Shown in pieces: positions 59,501 to 64,000 of a stretch of 64,000 nt of DNA (position 1 is the stretch's first letter; each line of letters begins with the position of its first letter). Position numbers and translations under genes: made by a program. Below the pieces are notes generated by a model. That model worked only from the letters and a program-made list of their open reading frames with translations. It did no database searches and was not told the DNA's origin. The stretch is from Eledone cirrhosa (lineage: Eukaryota): positions 76,756,001 through 76,820,000 of the forward strand of contig OZ024743.1 of NCBI GenBank assembly GCA_964016885.1. The letters run 5' to 3'.

Positions 59501-62500
59501 TACCATTTATAGTCTATTATATACCCATCTACCACCTATAGTCTATTATAAACCCACCTACCATCTATTGTCTATTATATACCCACCTACCATCTATAGT
59601 CTATTATATACCCACCTACCATTTATAGTCTATTATATACCTACCTACCATCAGTAGTCTATTATATACCCACCCACGATCAGTAGTCTATTATATACCC
59701 CCTACCATCTATAGTCTATTATATACCCATCTACAATCTATAGTCTATAATATAACCATCTACCATCTATAGTCTATTATATACCCACCTACCATCTATA
59801 GTCTATTATATACCAACCTACCATCTATAGTCTATTATATACCCACCTACCAGCTATAGTCTATATATACCCACCTACCATCAACAGTCTATTATATACT
59901 CACCTACTATCAGTAGTCTATTATATACCCACTTACCACCTATAATCTATTATATACCCACCTACTATCTATAGTATATTATATACCCACCTACCATCTA
60001 TAGTCTATTATATACCCACCTACCCTCAGTAGTCTATTATATACCTTCAAACCATGTATATTCTATAATATAGCCACCTACCATCTATAGTCTATTATAT
60101 AACCACCTACCATTTTTAGTCTATTATATACCCACCTACCATCTATAGTCTTTATATACCCACCTACCATCAACAGTCTATTATATACCCACCTACCACC
60201 TATAGTTTATTATATATCCACCTACCAGCTATAGTTTATTATATACCCATCTACCACCTATGTCTATTATATACCCATCTACTATCTATAGTCTATCATA
60301 TACCCACCTACCATCTATCGTCTTTTATATAGCCACCTACCATCTATAGTCTAGTATATACCCATCTACCACCTATAGTCTATTATAAACCCACCTACCA
60401 TCTATTGTCTATTATATACCCACCTACCATCTATAGTCAATTATATACCCACCTACCATCAGTAGTCTATTATATACCTACCTACCATCTATAGTCTATT
60501 ATATACCCACCTACCATCTATAGTCTATTATATACCCACCTACCATTTATAGTCTATTATATACCTACCTACCATCAGTAGTCTATTATATACCTACCTA
60601 CCATCTATAGTCTATTATATACCCACCTACCATCTATAGTCTATTATATACCCACATACCATCTATTGTCTATTATATACCCACCTACCAACTATAGTCT
60701 ATTATATACCCACCTACCATCTATAGTCTATTATATACCCACCTACCATCTATAGTCTATTATATACCCACCTACCATCTATAGTCTATTATATACCCAC
60801 CTACCATTTATAGTCTACTATATACCCACCTACCATCTATAGTCTATTATATACCCACATACCATCTACAGTCTATTATATACCCACCTACCATCTCTAG
60901 TCTATTATATACCCACCTACCATCTATAGTCTATTATATACTCACCTACCATCTATAGGCTAGTATATACCCATCTACCACCTATAGTCTATTATAAACC
61001 CACCTACCATCTATTGTCTATTATATACCCACCTACCATCTATAGTCTATTATATACCAACCTACCATTTATAGTCTATTATATACCTACCTACCATCAG
61101 TAGTCTATTATATACCCACCCACGATCAGTAGTCTATTATATACCCCCTACCATCTATAGTCTATTATATACCCACCTACCATCTATAGTCTTTATATAC
61201 CCACCTACCATCGACAGTCTATTATATACCCACCAACCACCTATAGTTTATTATATATCCACCTACCATCTATAGTCTATTATATACCCATCTACCACAT
61301 ATAGTCTATTATATACCCACCTATCATCTATAGTCTATCATATACCCACCTATCCTCTATAGTCTTTTATATATCCACCTACCATCAGTAGTCTATTATA
61401 TACCTACCTACCATCTATAGTCTATTATATACCCACCTACCAGCTATAGTCTATTATATACCCACGTACCATCAATAGTCTATTATATACCCGCCTGCCA
61501 TCTATAGTCTATATATACCCACCTACCATCTATAGTCTATTACATACCCACCTACCATCTATAGTCTATTGTATACCCACCTACTATCAGTAGTTTATTA
61601 TATACCCACTTACCATCTATAGACTATATATACCAACCTACCATCTATAGTCTATTATATACCTACCTACCATCTACAGTCTATTATATACCCACTTACC
61701 ATCTATACTCTATTATATACCCACCTACCATCAGTAGTCTATTATAAACCCACCTACCATTTATAGTCTATTATATACCTACCTACCATCAGTAGTCTAT
61801 TATATACCCACCCACGATCAGTAGTCTATTATATACCCACTACTATCTATAGTCTATTATATACCTACCTACCATCTATAGTCTATATATACCTACCTAC
61901 CCTCTATAGTCTATTATATACCCACCTACTATCTAGAGTCTATTATATATCCACCTACCATCTATAGTCTATTATATACCCACCTACCATCTATAGTCTA
62001 TTATATACCCACATACCATCTATAGTCTATTATATACTCACATACCATCAATAGTCTATTATATACCCACCTACCATTTATAGTCTATTATATACCCACC
62101 TATCATCTATAGTCTATTATATACCCACATACCATCTACAGTCTATTATATACCCACCTACCATCTATAGTCTATTATATACCCACCTACCAACTATAGT
62201 CTATTATATACTCACCTACCATCTATAGTCTATTATATACCCACCTATAGGCTATTATATACCCACCTACCATCTATTGTCTATTATATACCCACCTACC
62301 ATCTATAGTCTATATATACCCACCTACCATCTATAATCTATATATACCCACCTACCATCTATAGTCTATTATATACCCACCTACCATCTATAGTCTATTA
62401 TATACCCACCTACCATCTATAGTCTATTATATACCCATCTACTATCTATAGTCTATTATATACCCACCTACATTCTATAGTCTATTATATACCCACCTAC

Positions 62501-64000
62501 CATCTATAGTCTATTATATACATACCTACCATCTATAGTCTATTATATACCCACCTACCATCAGTAGTCTTTTATATACCCACCTACCATCTATACTCTA
62601 TTATATACCCACCTACCATCTATAGTCTATTATATAGCCACCTACCATCAGTAATCTATTATATACCCACCTACCATCAGTAGTCTATTATATACCTACC
62701 TACCATCTATAGTCTATTATATACCTACCTACCATCTATAGTCTATTATATACCCACCTATAGTCTATTATATACCCACCTACCATCTATTGTCTATTAT
62801 ATACCCACCTACCATCTATAGTCTATATATACCCACCTACCATCTATAGTCTATTATATACCCAACCACCATCTATAGTCTATTATACACCCATCTACCA
62901 TCTATAGACTATATATACCCACGTACCACCTATAGTCTATTATAAACCCACCTACCATCTATAGTCTATCATATACCCACCTACCATCAACAGTCAATTA
63001 TATACCCACCTACCATCTATAGTCTATTATATACCCACCTACCCTCAGTAGTCTATTATATACCCACCTTCCATGTATATTCTATTATATGCCCACCTAC
63101 CATCTACAGTCTATTATATACCCATCTACCACCTATAGTCTATTATATACCCACCTACCATCTATAGTCTATCATATACCCACTTACCATCTATAGTCTT
63201 TTATATACCCACCTACATCAGTTGTCTATTATATACCCACCTACCATCTATAGTCTATTATATACCCACCTACCATCTATAGTCTATTATATACCCACCT
63301 ACCATCTATAGTCTATTATATACCCACCTACCATCCATAGTCTATTATATACCCACCTACCATCAGTAGTCTATTATATACCCACCTACCATCTATAGTC
63401 TATTATATACCCACCTACCATCTATAGTCTATTATATACCCATCTACCACCTATCGTCTATTATATACCCACCTAACATCTATAGTCTATCATATACCCA
63501 CTTACCATCTATAGTCTTTTATATACCCACCTACATCAGTTGTCTATTATATACCCACCTACCATTTATAGTCTATTATATACCCATCTACCACCTATAG
63601 TCTATTATAAACCCACCTACCATCTATTGTCTATTATATACCCACCTACCATCTATAGTCTATTATATACCCACCTACCATTTATAGTCTATTATATACC
63701 TACCTACCATCAGTAGTCTATTATATACCCACCCACGATCAGTAGTCTATTATATACCCCCTACCATCTATAGTCTATTATATACCCATCTACAATCTAT
63801 AGTCTATAATATAACCATCTACCATCTATAGTCTATTATATACCCACCTACCATCAGTAGTCTATTATATACCCACCTACCATCTATAGTCTATTATATA
63901 CCAACCTACCCTCTATAGTCTATTATATACCCACCTACCAGCTATAGTCTATATATACCCACCTACCATCAACAGTCTATTATATACTCACCTACTATCA
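44597..64000. repeat. 29-bp tandem satellite (TATATACCCACCTACCATCTATAGTCTAT)n with 27-bp variants and kb-scale higher-order duplications
   Basis: 29-bp period (e.g. CTATTATATA at 46291 and 46320). The array runs off the right edge. Confidence 0.98.

Noticed and set aside
44597-64000. Common origin of the 29-bp and 69-bp satellites (shared CTATAGA/ATCTATA words) or telomeric identity
   Set aside because: The shared words are short and low-complexity, and there is no TTAGGG repeat.

Overview
Eukaryotic, gene-free, repeat-dominated window, probably from a cephalopod such as Octopus (inferred from a recalled SINE and the microsatellite content; not verified). Layout: (1) 1-26765 is a 69-bp AT-rich satellite with higher-order repeats. 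It carries two same-orientation copies of an L1/Tx1-type non-LTR retrotransposon, one 5'-truncated and one full-length with nonsense codons, and both 3' ends abut the same AGATATAATATA motif. (2) About 26.8-44.6 kb is an island of mini/microsatellites, a SINE with a 15-bp TSD, a non-autonomous Helitron and several (TA)n-flanked palindromes. (3) About 44.6-64 kb is a 29-bp satellite. The main find is at 31-39.7 kb: a 466-bp monomer repeated about 7 times, then inverted and repeated about 9 times. Every monomer contains a type I hammerhead ribozyme motif (CUGAUGA-stem II-GAAA-palindromic CUAG-UH). The array is nested inside the (TA)n tract of a diverged relative whose hammerhead shows compensatory base changes. 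The geometry (ribozyme-strand 3' ends pointing outward into (TA)n, arbitrary start phases, apparently identical monomers) suggests twin-primed, rolling-circle reverse transcription of a self-cleaving circular RNA (retrozyme); that mechanism is inference.
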